Shown here: one piece after another, positions 37,664 through 46,662 of the stretch
How the letters are laid out: each line of letters begins with the position of its first letter
How positions within the stretch are numbered: position 1 is the first letter of the stretch
IMG/VR virus record: IMGVR_UViG_3300009788_000087
Direction: 5' to 3' (one strand)
DNA from: a virus
DNA: 64,000 nt
The notes under the pieces: generated by a model
Database searches by the model: none
Seen by the model: the letters and a program-made list of their open reading frames with translations, nothing else
Told to the model about the DNA's origin: nothing
Program-made: the position numbers and the translations under genes

Positions 37664-38325
37664 TAGTTTATTTCTCCGCTACCTGATTTTTTACGTGCAG
37701 CTTTCGCTTTATCAAGCTCACCTTTTGGAATATTTTTAAGCTCCGGATTAATTCCCGGATCATAGTCTTGTGTTGACGCGAGTGCTATAGCAATTTGTCG
37801 CATCGACGACGTCAATTTCTTCTGCGGAAACATTCTCTCATCATCACCATACCACTCATTTCCATCCCAATAATAGATGTGATCTGGGTTTTTTATTTTT
37901 CTCTTTTCTGGTTCACCTTGCGGATCAAACATCGCAAATCTATCATCCCACCAAAGCTTTGCTGCAATATCGCCATCAGTAAACCACTCTTCTTCACCAT
38001 TTTCAAAATAACTTTCACCTTTACTACTGATATCTTTAAAATGTTCTTCGCGCATGTCTGCAAACTTTTTATACGTTTCTCGAGCACTCTCTACATCATC
38101 TTCTGTTGCTGGCTTGCCGTCTGCTCGCTTAATACCTGCAGCTATATCTTCAGAATCTCTCTCTATAGCTGATCTATAAGCATCAGCCATACTCTTAAAA
38201 AATTCCTTCCACACATCTACAAACTTTCGCCTCGCGTCAGGTGGTAGTTCTTTAAACTTCACATATCTCGTTTCCTGACCACTATACATGGATTCGAACA
38301 GGAATATTCGTGCAAGAGAAATCAC
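37663..38325 (-). CDS. hypothetical protein, probable head-internal
   Basis: MISLARIFLFE N-terminal motif shared with neighbours. Confidence 0.65.
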   Translation of the reverse strand: MISLARIFLFESMYSGQETRYVKFKELPPDARRKFVDVWKEFFKSMADAYRSAIERDSEDIAAGIKRADGKPATEDDVESARETYKKFADMREEHFKDISSKGESYFENGEEEWFTDGDIAAKLWWDDRFAMFDPQGEPEKRKIKNPDHIYYWDGNEWYGDDERMFPQKKLTSSMRQIAIALASTQDYDPGINPELKNIPKGELDKAKAARKKSGSGEIN

Positions 38326-38330
38326 TATAT

Positions 38331-39527
38331 TTACTCTCCGTACAGACGGTGACCGTAGCTAGCCTTTGATGTCTTCTGTTCTTTTACTTTCTTACCACCA
38401 AGCTGCTGAAACTTGCTCAACTCCTTGATTCTACCATCCGGCCCCTTCATCCCACCAATAAGAGTATACACGTTTAAACGAGGTTTCTCATCTTCGTACA
38501 CACCACGGTGCATCATTGCGTCACCTGTCAACATAGCAAGAGTATCGAAACCTTCTTCGATTGCTGTGTTGTCTAATTCCTCGAGGATTGACGAACCGCC
38601 AAGAACAACGGCTGCAGCGTGTGATGCAGATGTTAGATCAAATCCACCTGCTAACAGAGTCTTGCTAAGATTGCTCTTCAGTGCAGCAGACACAGAACCG
38701 CTGTCGTCGAGATTCTTCACAGACGTGACACCCATGATCATGCAGCCGCCGCTGCGCATGACTGACATGTAATCTGCTGTGTCGAATGTTGTATATTCAG
38801 TCGGCTTCTTCGTGATGATATTGAACACGTGGAAGAGACCCGCCACTGTTGCATTGACAGTTGGCCAGAAACTCTTAACTGAGAGCTTCGGATACATCTT
38901 CTTTATCTTATCATTGTCGATGAATATAAGTGGACTAACGAGCTTCTTGTCTGCGTAGCCGACTAGTGTCTTTGAAAGCAGTTCGGCATTTTCAGCAACT
39001 GCCTTTGACGCTGACTCACCCGCAGTTGGAAGCGTCATGATTACACCGACACGCTGGTCTGCGTTTGGTTGTCCAATGTGAGTGAGATATAACTTAGCAG
39101 TCTCCACGAGAACAAGTGTTGAGCCGCCACCTGATCCACCACCAGCACCGACACAGATCATGATGTGATCGACTGGTCCAAACTTCTTCTTCATGAGGTC
39201 GAGTATCTGTTGCTGTGAACCAGCTGCTGCAGACTCTCCCTTCGCCATGTCTTTTCCAGCACCCTGCTCTCCTGCATTGAGAAGCACCTTCTGATCTTCT
39301 GGCACATCAACTTTGCTGAGATCTTGTATCGCAGTATTCACGCACAGTGTCTTCTTGTAGCCAAGTTTATAGAATGCCTGAGCTAGCCGACAGCCTCCCT
39401 GACCTGAACCGAGGAATGCATATGTCACAGCACCGCCGGACTCGTCTTCTAGGGACTCATCCTCATATTCTTCTAACTCTGCTTCTAATGGCAGATCAGG
39501 AATTTCGATGTCAAATTCTTCACTCAT
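38331..39527 (-). CDS. tubulin/FtsZ family GTPase (PhuZ/TubZ-like)
   Basis: GSGQGGCRL, VNT, GAGKD, GAGGGSGGG signature, IDND, TFDTADY T7-loop-like segment. Confidence 0.92.
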   Translation of the reverse strand: MSEEFDIEIPDLPLEAELEEYEDESLEDESGGAVTYAFLGSGQGGCRLAQAFYKLGYKKTLCVNTAIQDLSKVDVPEDQKVLLNAGEQGAGKDMAKGESAAAGSQQQILDLMKKKFGPVDHIMICVGAGGGSGGGSTLVLVETAKLYLTHIGQPNADQRVGVIMTLPTAGESASKAVAENAELLSKTLVGYADKKLVSPLIFIDNDKIKKMYPKLSVKSFWPTVNATVAGLFHVFNIITKKPTEYTTFDTADYMSVMRSGGCMIMGVTSVKNLDDSGSVSAALKSNLSKTLLAGGFDLTSASHAAAVVLGGSSILEELDNTAIEEGFDTLAMLTGDAMMHRGVYEDEKPRLNVYTLIGGMKGPDGRIKELSKFQQLGGKKVKEQKTSKASYGHRLYGE

Positions 39528-40171
39528 GTTCCACTTCCTCCAGTCGATGGGCCAAACTGAACATCTCCTCTCGTCCCGAACGGGTCAAACTCACCTATAC
39601 CGTGAGTCTTCTCTTTCTTATTATCTTTTGATTCCCATCTCTTTGTATGGAGCAATCGCACTTTATTTGGATCGATATGCCTGATTATTTTAGCAGAACC
39701 ATCAACAAGTACTTCGACCATGTCGGACGCGTCTCTTTTCTTTGACATACTTGATGGATCACCCTTCCAATATTCTTCTGCATATGCACGGGCTTCTTTT
39801 GATTTAAAGTCTGCTTCTGTCCAATATTCCATGTTTGTATAAAATACTTTACCAGTCACTTCAACCTGATAGACATCATTGAAATTATCTTCAGACCATA
39901 TGTCACTTGCCCATGATATTGCTGCGTATATACTTGGAAATACCAGTTTACTTCCTAATCGTGATGGTCGATCTGGCCATTTTTCTTTTCTCACTTGATC
40001 AAATAATTGTTCTTGTTCTTCCATGCCTCTAACACCATTGAATGTTGGAACTTGCATGCCTGGCTCAAATTTAGTAGAACCCTCCGCGGGGTTTGATACC
40101 CAAAAAAAACTCTTATTAGCTGAAACGTTTTCAAGTTTCTCTATAATATAAATTTCTTTAAGAGTGATCAT
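39524..40171 (-). CDS. DUF2441-like protein (ADP-ribosyltransferase-like fold)
   Basis: E.LF..VR..KWPDRPSR....F...AA..W...VY.VE; start MITLKEIY at 40171 coupled to upstream TAA. Confidence 0.55.
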   Translation of the reverse strand: MITLKEIYIIEKLENVSANKSFFWVSNPAEGSTKFEPGMQVPTFNGVRGMEEQEQLFDQVRKEKWPDRPSRLGSKLVFPSIYAAISWASDIWSEDNFNDVYQVEVTGKVFYTNMEYWTEADFKSKEARAYAEEYWKGDPSSMSKKRDASDMVEVLVDGSAKIIRHIDPNKVRLLHTKRWESKDNKKEKTHGIGEFDPFGTRGDVQFGPSTGGSGT

Positions 40172-40629
40172 TAACCCGATTCCCATGTTCCAGGAGGATA
40201 ATCATAATATACTTTTTTTTCTCCTGGACTATAGTTGGCTAATTCCCCTTGTCCGCCATCTGCTTTTGGATCCCAAATCCAAACAGGATCATCCTTAATT
40301 GGGCCAGCTTCAGCCCAAAGAGTCTCGTCTTTTTCAACAAAAACCCAATCTGACGGATCTGGATTAACTTCTTCATGCTCTATGGATGTCCAATACTTAG
40401 CAAAATCTGGAAATTTAGAAGTTACATCACCCCATGATAGTTTCTTTGCAGGAGAATTGTATACGTCATCTATTCCTTTCGGTGATGTCCTAGTAGACAC
40501 AGGTTGTGACCTCTTTGTCCAAGGATCTGCTTTGCCTGTCGGCTTCCTCTTTCCAGCTGGATCATCAAACTTACCCCAAGGGAAGTCAGCTTCCCAAAGA
40601 CGTCTGTATATTTTCTTTAGTCTTATCAT
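40171..40629 (-). CDS. hypothetical protein, paralogous N-terminus with 63383..63850
   Basis: MIRLKKIYRRLWEADFPWGKF.DP.GK. Confidence 0.7.
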   Translation of the reverse strand: MIRLKKIYRRLWEADFPWGKFDDPAGKRKPTGKADPWTKRSQPVSTRTSPKGIDDVYNSPAKKLSWGDVTSKFPDFAKYWTSIEHEEVNPDPSDWVFVEKDETLWAEAGPIKDDPVWIWDPKADGGQGELANYSPGEKKVYYDYPPGTWESG

Positions 40630-41187
40630 TTAGACTCCCACATTCGAGACTCGCATGCTCGAACCACCAAACTTCAGTGGTCGCTTGCTGTGGTTAATCC
40701 CAGTTCCAAGTGGGTCCAAGTCGTCATCGTCGATCAGATGTGCTTGCGTTTGACTTACTTCAACTTCTCCCAAAGCACCATTGTTAGAATCTGGAACATC
40801 ATCACGATCATGTCGAGGATCTACTGAGGAATAGAAACCTTCACTGAAGCGATAGATGCTCTCGAGTTTCGGCATCCTCGATTCTTCTTGGTGGTCATAG
40901 TACTGTGGATCATCGACAAGGTGATCCATCGCTATTTCCATTGCTGCTGCAACATCACTAGTGTGTTCAAGTTCGTGGTGCATACCTTGCATTAGCTGCA
41001 CTTGATCGAACTGCCCGGGATCATACTGTGATCCTTCTCCGCCTGGTAGACGTTCCATCGCGATGGGATTAGCATGTTCCTTCTTATCAGGCAGCTTGTC
41101 GTAATTAGTTCCTTTTCCTAACTTCTTTGCAAGCTTTGGATCATTAGCATAGGCCCACTTCTGTTGTTGTCTTGAACGAAATGGCAT
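40630..41187 (-). CDS. DUF5661-like protein
   Basis: G..HELEHT.D...A.EIAMDHL.DDP.YY; N-terminal MPFRSRQQQKWAYA. Confidence 0.7.
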   Translation of the reverse strand: MPFRSRQQQKWAYANDPKLAKKLGKGTNYDKLPDKKEHANPIAMERLPGGEGSQYDPGQFDQVQLMQGMHHELEHTSDVAAAMEIAMDHLVDDPQYYDHQEESRMPKLESIYRFSEGFYSSVDPRHDRDDVPDSNNGALGEVEVSQTQAHLIDDDDLDPLGTGINHSKRPLKFGGSSMRVSNVGV

Positions 41188-41191
41188 TATT

Positions 41192-41776
41192 CTACAGTTC
41201 GTTTCGAATCTGCCCCTTGAAGAAGAATTTTATCATCCCGGACTTTCCAAGCAAAATATGGAGAGGATGTGGGATTTCCTCGAATTGGATGACAACCTCA
41301 TGTGCACCACCCATCATCTTAGATTCAGGATTATATGCAATCGACTGAATCTGTCGACCGGTTATTTCTTTCGAAATAGCTCCGCCTTCTTTCTCTTCTT
41401 CATCTCCCTGATCCTCGACATCCTGCGACAGTTCTGTGTCTGATGGATCTGGATCTCCTGCTGGAACTTCCTCATCAGGAATGTCCTGGTCACCCGCTTC
41501 TGGATCAGCTGGCTGTTCCGGTGGCGATTCTTCTCCCGGAGGTGGTGCTTTTGGCTCATCACCCTCTGGAGCACCAGTCGCTATCTCAGCTCCCCGCTTT
41601 GGTGCCATGTCTGTGCCAGATTTCTCGGGTGCGACATTGTCATTGTCTTTATCAGCACCTTGGACGCCAGGCTCTTTATCTTCCTTATCGTCTGCTTCGA
41701 AGAACTCTCTTATTAGGAGCTCAAGCTCTTCGCGGACAATCTTCTCAACTCTAGATTTCTTAAACTTGATCGACAT
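41192..41776 (-). CDS. acidic Pro-rich disordered protein, probable head-internal or scaffold-like
   Basis: Start MSIKF at 41776 with GGGAAG RBS; long D/E/P-rich centre. Confidence 0.7.
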   Translation of the reverse strand: MSIKFKKSRVEKIVREELELLIREFFEADDKEDKEPGVQGADKDNDNVAPEKSGTDMAPKRGAEIATGAPEGDEPKAPPPGEESPPEQPADPEAGDQDIPDEEVPAGDPDPSDTELSQDVEDQGDEEEKEGGAISKEITGRQIQSIAYNPESKMMGGAHEVVIQFEEIPHPLHILLGKSGMIKFFFKGQIRNEL

Positions 41777-41838
41777 GGTATCTTCCCTTGTATTGAGATA
41801 CAACTGTTCGATCTAAGTATCTTTCTCAAGTATCTTTC

Positions 41839-42417
41839 CTAAGTTGCAGTTGACTTTTCGGTCTTGCAAGCGAACATATCTGCCCAGTGGACAAGAAGTG
41901 CCAACTCGGGCTCTTTCATCTTGTAATCTGAGTTAGCTGGATCATACTGTCCATCAGCAAGACGAAGTGCCAGATACTCATCATAGCCTATTTCGATACC
42001 ATACTTCTGAAGAATGAACAGACCACCGTCGGTGACTGTCATGTAGTTCATATCTGGGTTTATCGTGTACAGCTTTCCATATTCAGTTCGCTGAAAGCTG
42101 TTCCTGTTGGGAATGTATCTCTCCACGCTTCCATCACCAACTTTTCCAAGGTCATGGAAAAGCCCGACAAATGCAAGCTGGTCTTTAGCATAGCGGTCAG
42201 GACAAAGATCTTTAACCAGTCGCCAAAGGTTAGCGACCACGAGGAGACTATGGTAGCATAAGCCTCCAGGATACGCGCTATGGAAGCTTTCCCGTGACGA
42301 GGCGGGTGCAGTAAAATAACTCTCCCCGATCTTTCCATCCATCATCTCCTTAACTTTCGTACGTCTCGGCTCTGGAAATGCTTCAATGAGCGTCATTACT
42401 TTCTCGACATTCTCCAT
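41839..42417 (-). CDS. HD-domain phosphohydrolase (YhaM-like)
   Basis: TAPAS...HSAYPGGL..HSL.V, FHDLGK, LVHWAD; start uncertain. Confidence 0.88.
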   Translation of the reverse strand: MENVEKVMTLIEAFPEPRRTKVKEMMDGKIGESYFTAPASSRESFHSAYPGGLCYHSLLVVANLWRLVKDLCPDRYAKDQLAFVGLFHDLGKVGDGSVERYIPNRNSFQRTEYGKLYTINPDMNYMTVTDGGLFILQKYGIEIGYDEYLALRLADGQYDPANSDYKMKEPELALLVHWADMFACKTEKSTAT

Positions 42418-42427
42418 TTTCTGTAGT

Positions 42428-42727
42428 TCAGCTATCACGGCTTTCTCTTTCTTCGACAAGTTTCTGTGCAAAATACCTAATGAAGTCTGTCTCAAAGAAC
42501 TCCATGGCTGCTTCGAACACAAGCTCCTCAGACTGATCGACATATGATACATCTACCTGAGGATAGTGTAAACACCATAATGTTAGTGGGTTTCCTTCTG
42601 GATCCTTTGGATCCCTGACATCATCCTTGTGTAGACGATATTCTGCTTTTACCTCAGCACCCTTCACACACATTTTTGCTGAGTCTTGTCTAACCAAATT
42701 CTCGAGGTTTAGTTGAAAGTCAATCAT
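42428..42727 (-). CDS. hypothetical protein
   Basis: 99-aa ORF overlapping the polymerase stop. Confidence 0.6.
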   Translation of the reverse strand: MIDFQLNLENLVRQDSAKMCVKGAEVKAEYRLHKDDVRDPKDPEGNPLTLWCLHYPQVDVSYVDQSEELVFEAAMEFFETDFIRYFAQKLVEERESRDS

Positions 42728-44177
42728 TTTGATCCCAATAGTTTAGACCCGATTTTACCTTAACTTTCAGTCTCATTCCGAAAAGTCTAGCTGAACCGAG
42801 TTCCATTATGTCTCGCATCTCATCGAGGTACTCCATCTCGTCTGGATGCATATCGATAACTAGCTCATCATGCACAGTGAATAGCATCACTGATTTCTTG
42901 TCCTGAAGAAAATCATGTAGACTTACGATTGAATCCATGAACACATCACTTGTGCAAGTCTGTGCATAAAGAGCGAGCACTTTGCCTGGATGTTCTGATC
43001 CATTCAGATCAATTTTCATGTCATCTGGTGTAATTACATACCCTTGATTCATTGATTCAGAATACATCTTCTCTCTGAAGAACACGATTGGTGCGAATAG
43101 TTCATTGAGTTTCTCAACGAGAACTCCTACTTTCTCACTCGACAAACCAGTTGTCTTTGGCAGATTCTTCAATGATCCACCGTAAAGTCGTGTATACGTG
43201 ATTGTCTTTAGAACACGTCGTCTGATACCAGATGTGTCATGGAACTCGTTATCTCCAAAGATATACTCTACAGTTCTATCGTGAAAATCGTCGCATCCTT
43301 CATAGTATGCGTTAAGGTTCTCATCGTCAACTGATGCTACAATGCACCTATAATCCGCAGCGTTGAAATCGAAGGTTGCAATCTTGCCGCCATCAAATCT
43401 ACTGACGATACTCTGACGTACATGGTTTCTTGGTATATTCATGCATTTGAAAGAACCTTTCGCTGTATGGACTCTTCCGGTCTTGGTTCTTTGTGGTATG
43501 AACTTGTTATAGACATATGATCCAGACATCTTGTCTCTGATGTGTTGGATGAATGCCAAATCGTGTGTTGTCATGCCTGCATCAAGATCAATATTATCAG
43601 GGTCTACGTGCACACTATTTTCTTCCATGAGATATAGGACACGTGCTCTATCATAACCAAAAGATCGAAACTGTTCACTATCAAACTTCTTCACCAGTGT
43701 ATTGACCATCCAGTTTCTTAATCTATAGAATGATATTACCACCTTACTTGGGATTATATCAATGAGAGAGTGTTCGTCAAGATTAATCTTCGCTGTTTTA
43801 CATGCCTTGATATGTGAATTGTACTCATGTCTTCCTGCAAGATACTCAACGACATCAGCATCTTTGATATGCTTATTGACTGCTTTGTACAGGTTTTCCT
43901 CACCTGCCATCACTGACACATCTATCACATCACAGTATCTCTTGAAATTACAACCAAGCTTAAGCACATCACGCATGTCAAAACAGATCTTCTCATGCTT
44001 GTGAGAGAAGATCTCATGAATGAAACCATCGAATTCGTCCCAGTCGTTATTCAGGACAAAATAATGATCTGCACCAAAGGATAGAGAAATGCCTTTGACT
44101 CCGGTCGAGTCCTTCACTGCTTCGAAAGTGAACCCTTCATTCTGGGCTCTCTTCTTCAGAGTCTCCAAATGCGCCAT
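42720..44177 (-). CDS. family A DNA polymerase-like protein (polymerase domain, divergent)
   Basis: TGR, motif A FDFNAADYR, DFH, motif B RRVLKTITYTRLYG, motif C VHDEL; probable ATG at 44177. Confidence 0.85.
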   Translation of the reverse strand: MAHLETLKKRAQNEGFTFEAVKDSTGVKGISLSFGADHYFVLNNDWDEFDGFIHEIFSHKHEKICFDMRDVLKLGCNFKRYCDVIDVSVMAGEENLYKAVNKHIKDADVVEYLAGRHEYNSHIKACKTAKINLDEHSLIDIIPSKVVISFYRLRNWMVNTLVKKFDSEQFRSFGYDRARVLYLMEENSVHVDPDNIDLDAGMTTHDLAFIQHIRDKMSGSYVYNKFIPQRTKTGRVHTAKGSFKCMNIPRNHVRQSIVSRFDGGKIATFDFNAADYRCIVASVDDENLNAYYEGCDDFHDRTVEYIFGDNEFHDTSGIRRRVLKTITYTRLYGGSLKNLPKTTGLSSEKVGVLVEKLNELFAPIVFFREKMYSESMNQGYVITPDDMKIDLNGSEHPGKVLALYAQTCTSDVFMDSIVSLHDFLQDKKSVMLFTVHDELVIDMHPDEMEYLDEMRDIMELGSARLFGMRLKVKVKSGLNYWDQND

Positions 44178-44184
44178 CTCCTTT

Positions 44185-44193
44185 ATTATAACA
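44185..44193 (-). promoter_or_regulatory. extended -10 promoter, probable leaderless start of the PolA-like gene
   Basis: TGT-TATAAT then 7 nt to ATG 44177. Confidence 0.5.
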
Positions 44194-44233
44194 CATCTCT
44201 GTGCCAATTAATACTAAGTATGACACAAAAGTG

Positions 44234-44262
44234 TTTACAAGCCGAAGGTGAGATGGTATAAT
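44234..44262 (+). promoter_or_regulatory. sigma70-like promoter, leaderless
   Basis: TTTACA-N17-TATAAT with TGG extension; ATG at 44270 is 7 nt downstream. Confidence 0.7.
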
Positions 44263-44269
44263 GAGACAC

Positions 44270-44446
44270 ATGCTAACATGGTTTATTCTCACAATTCTCA
44301 TCAGTTGCCTTGGACTCGGATGGTTCGGCTACGATATGGTCACGAATTTCTGGGACTACTATAAGGAAGCACCAGTGTTCATTCAAATTCTTGGACCACT
44401 AGTGTTCCTCGGATCACTCAGTGGTGGACTAAAGCAGTACGAGTAG
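44270..44446 (+). CDS. small two-TM membrane protein, the only credible plus-strand gene
   Basis: Sits in an intergenic gap with its own promoter; two hydrophobic helices. Confidence 0.65.
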   Translation: MLTWFILTILISCLGLGWFGYDMVTNFWDYYKEAPVFIQILGPLVFLGSLSGGLKQYE

Positions 44447-44452
44447 AGAAAA

Positions 44453-46363
44453 TTATTTTCTTCTCTTCTTTCCTTTCTGCTTACCAGTCTTTCTACCAAG
44501 AGCTTCGTTAGCTTTATCAACACGGGCTTGAGCTCTATTCTTTGCTTTTTTCCGGGCGCGCTTGAGCTCGATCTTTGCAAGACGAAGTTCTTTTTCTTTT
44601 GCAAGTTGATCGGCACTCAGTAATGTCTTCGTATTAAGTGGATCACCACCCTCAGTATACACTTCGATTGAAGTTTCAAAACCATTAGCAGTAAGAACAT
44701 CAGATCTCTGTCTTATACTAAAGAGACCATTCCAGGTTGAGACACCAAAATCTATCCAAATATACGAGAACACATTGAAAACAAAATTACCGAGCATGTT
44801 GACATTTCCTTTCAACGTGCTTTGCCATATGTCATTGAAGTTCTCAGACATTGGTTTTTCTGTTTCAGCTTTCGTCTCGTGTGCTACTTCCTGACGTGTC
44901 TTAAGATGCTGCGCGTATCTCTCAATCATTGCTCGTTGGATTAAAGGATCCATTTCGACTTCAAATGATGCATCTTTTATGAAAGACAGCGCATTTCCAA
45001 ACGACACATAGGGAATTCCTTTCTCGATAACTTTCTTTCTAATTCTATCACGAGATATTCTACCTGTCTTTGCATCAGGTTCAAGTTGATCTGACGGATC
45101 AAATCTGATAAGTTCCTGACGAATATCAATAACCACAACTGAAAGAATCTGCTTTCCTTTCAGGCTCTTTTCTGAGACTCCGATCTTTATTGTCGGTCTA
45201 GACTGCGGGCGAGAAGTATCCTTGTTCGTTGCCCAAGAAGCTCCGCTTCCAGCTATGCTAGTCAGCGTTGTCATGAAGTTTCTCATCGTAACTTCAGACC
45301 CTTTTGCTGATAATCTTTTTGCAATATCTTTTAGTGTTGCGACTGGTATCTCAAAGCTGCCGATTGATTCACCACTCATGTTTCTACTATTATATTTCTT
45401 TGTCGTAGTTCCAACGTTGACATTGAAATTTCCAAGTAAAAGTTCGACATTGTCATAACCCCACTGCTTTGCTCTTCTAGCAATTGTAGGAGCAACCAGT
45501 TTATTCATGACATCGATCATTTTAACGTGTGTCGTTTTATTATTTTTCTTAATTGTCGAAGCTTCAATGAGATCTGTCATTTTCGCTTGGAGTAATTTTC
45601 GCAGTGGTTTCGCATTTTCACCAAATAGTGGACTCTGTTCAGGATTTAAAGCAAATTGGGAACGATCGAAATTCTCATTTTCATGAACTTCATCAATATC
45701 TGCCACTAACATTTTCCTAAGTGCAAAGTCACCGTTTTGTTTGCCTTTGATGTTAATTTCAAACTCACCATTCTCTCTAATCGTGAATGTATAATAGTAT
45801 GTCGTGAATAAGACTGATTTGATAGAATCAACAGCGACAGTTGTATTGCCTATCCTTTCACAAAAAACGTCACCATTTACCAACTCATTCTTTGATGACC
45901 CTGCCCAACCGTATCTCACTATGTGTGACTCACCAGGAGTAATGAGAGAGACCCATCCATTGTTTTCAGGATCATCAAAGAATGCATCTGGCCTATGGAC
46001 AACCAGATTAATTTCGACGTCTTGCAATACAAGCGGACCAAGGTCCTGTGTCGTGCCGATTTTAAACTCTCTGAGAGAGACTGGTGGCCTCTCACCGTGG
46101 CGTGTATGGTCTGCTATAGCCAAACCAAACTCAGGTGGTTTCTGAAAGAAGACGTTAAGTGATTCTGCGTCTTCCAATGGAGAACGTGTACCAGGATCAA
46201 CACGAACTATCTGAAGGAATGGTACAGCTTGTGCCATATCCGTAGCAGTAATGCTCTCAAGCATTTCCACCGCACCTTGAGATGCTTGTTGTATTGGTCT
46301 TAAATCCGGCCCAGTAACAAACTTTGCAGAATTTGATGCTGATTGTATGGTTACCAAACCCAT
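44453..46363 (-). CDS. putative baseplate hub protein
   Basis: Position after the LysM gene; C-terminal G...F.....I..GV..WNGLF.I....D..T.NGFET.I pattern typical of hub proteins; basic tail. Confidence 0.5.
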   Translation of the reverse strand: MGLVTIQSASNSAKFVTGPDLRPIQQASQGAVEMLESITATDMAQAVPFLQIVRVDPGTRSPLEDAESLNVFFQKPPEFGLAIADHTRHGERPPVSLREFKIGTTQDLGPLVLQDVEINLVVHRPDAFFDDPENNGWVSLITPGESHIVRYGWAGSSKNELVNGDVFCERIGNTTVAVDSIKSVLFTTYYYTFTIRENGEFEINIKGKQNGDFALRKMLVADIDEVHENENFDRSQFALNPEQSPLFGENAKPLRKLLQAKMTDLIEASTIKKNNKTTHVKMIDVMNKLVAPTIARRAKQWGYDNVELLLGNFNVNVGTTTKKYNSRNMSGESIGSFEIPVATLKDIAKRLSAKGSEVTMRNFMTTLTSIAGSGASWATNKDTSRPQSRPTIKIGVSEKSLKGKQILSVVVIDIRQELIRFDPSDQLEPDAKTGRISRDRIRKKVIEKGIPYVSFGNALSFIKDASFEVEMDPLIQRAMIERYAQHLKTRQEVAHETKAETEKPMSENFNDIWQSTLKGNVNMLGNFVFNVFSYIWIDFGVSTWNGLFSIRQRSDVLTANGFETSIEVYTEGGDPLNTKTLLSADQLAKEKELRLAKIELKRARKKAKNRAQARVDKANEALGRKTGKQKGKKRRK

Positions 46364-46368
46364 CTCTG

Positions 46369-46662
46369 TTACACCCTATCTAAGACACTTCTTGCGTTGA
46401 AAGGAATTCTCAATCTCTGACCTGGCGTTAGGAATGGTAATACAATGTTGTTGATAAGTGCGATGATCCACCAGTATCTATCTTCACTAAGATATCTCGC
46501 AGCGAGATGGTCGAGCCTATCACCACGCTTCACAGTATACTCGAATGTGTTAATTCCAGCAAAAGTATCAGGTTCTTTGATAGCATTGGTCTGTTCAAGA
46601 GTAAATGTCTCAAACTGATTGTCATTGATTGTTTCAAATCTATCGTATCTAGATCTTGCCAT
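46369..46662 (-). CDS. LysM-domain baseplate protein (gp53 / tail X-like)
   Basis: YTVKRGDRLDHLAARYL....WWIIALIN.I......GQRLRIP. Confidence 0.85.
   Translation of the reverse strand: MARSRYDRFETINDNQFETFTLEQTNAIKEPDTFAGINTFEYTVKRGDRLDHLAARYLSEDRYWWIIALINNIVLPFLTPGQRLRIPFNARSVLDRV

Noticed and set aside
38331-39527. Calling this a nucleus-forming phage because of the tubulin
   Set aside because: No chimallin or multisubunit RNA polymerase genes in the window; the structural genes are T4-like
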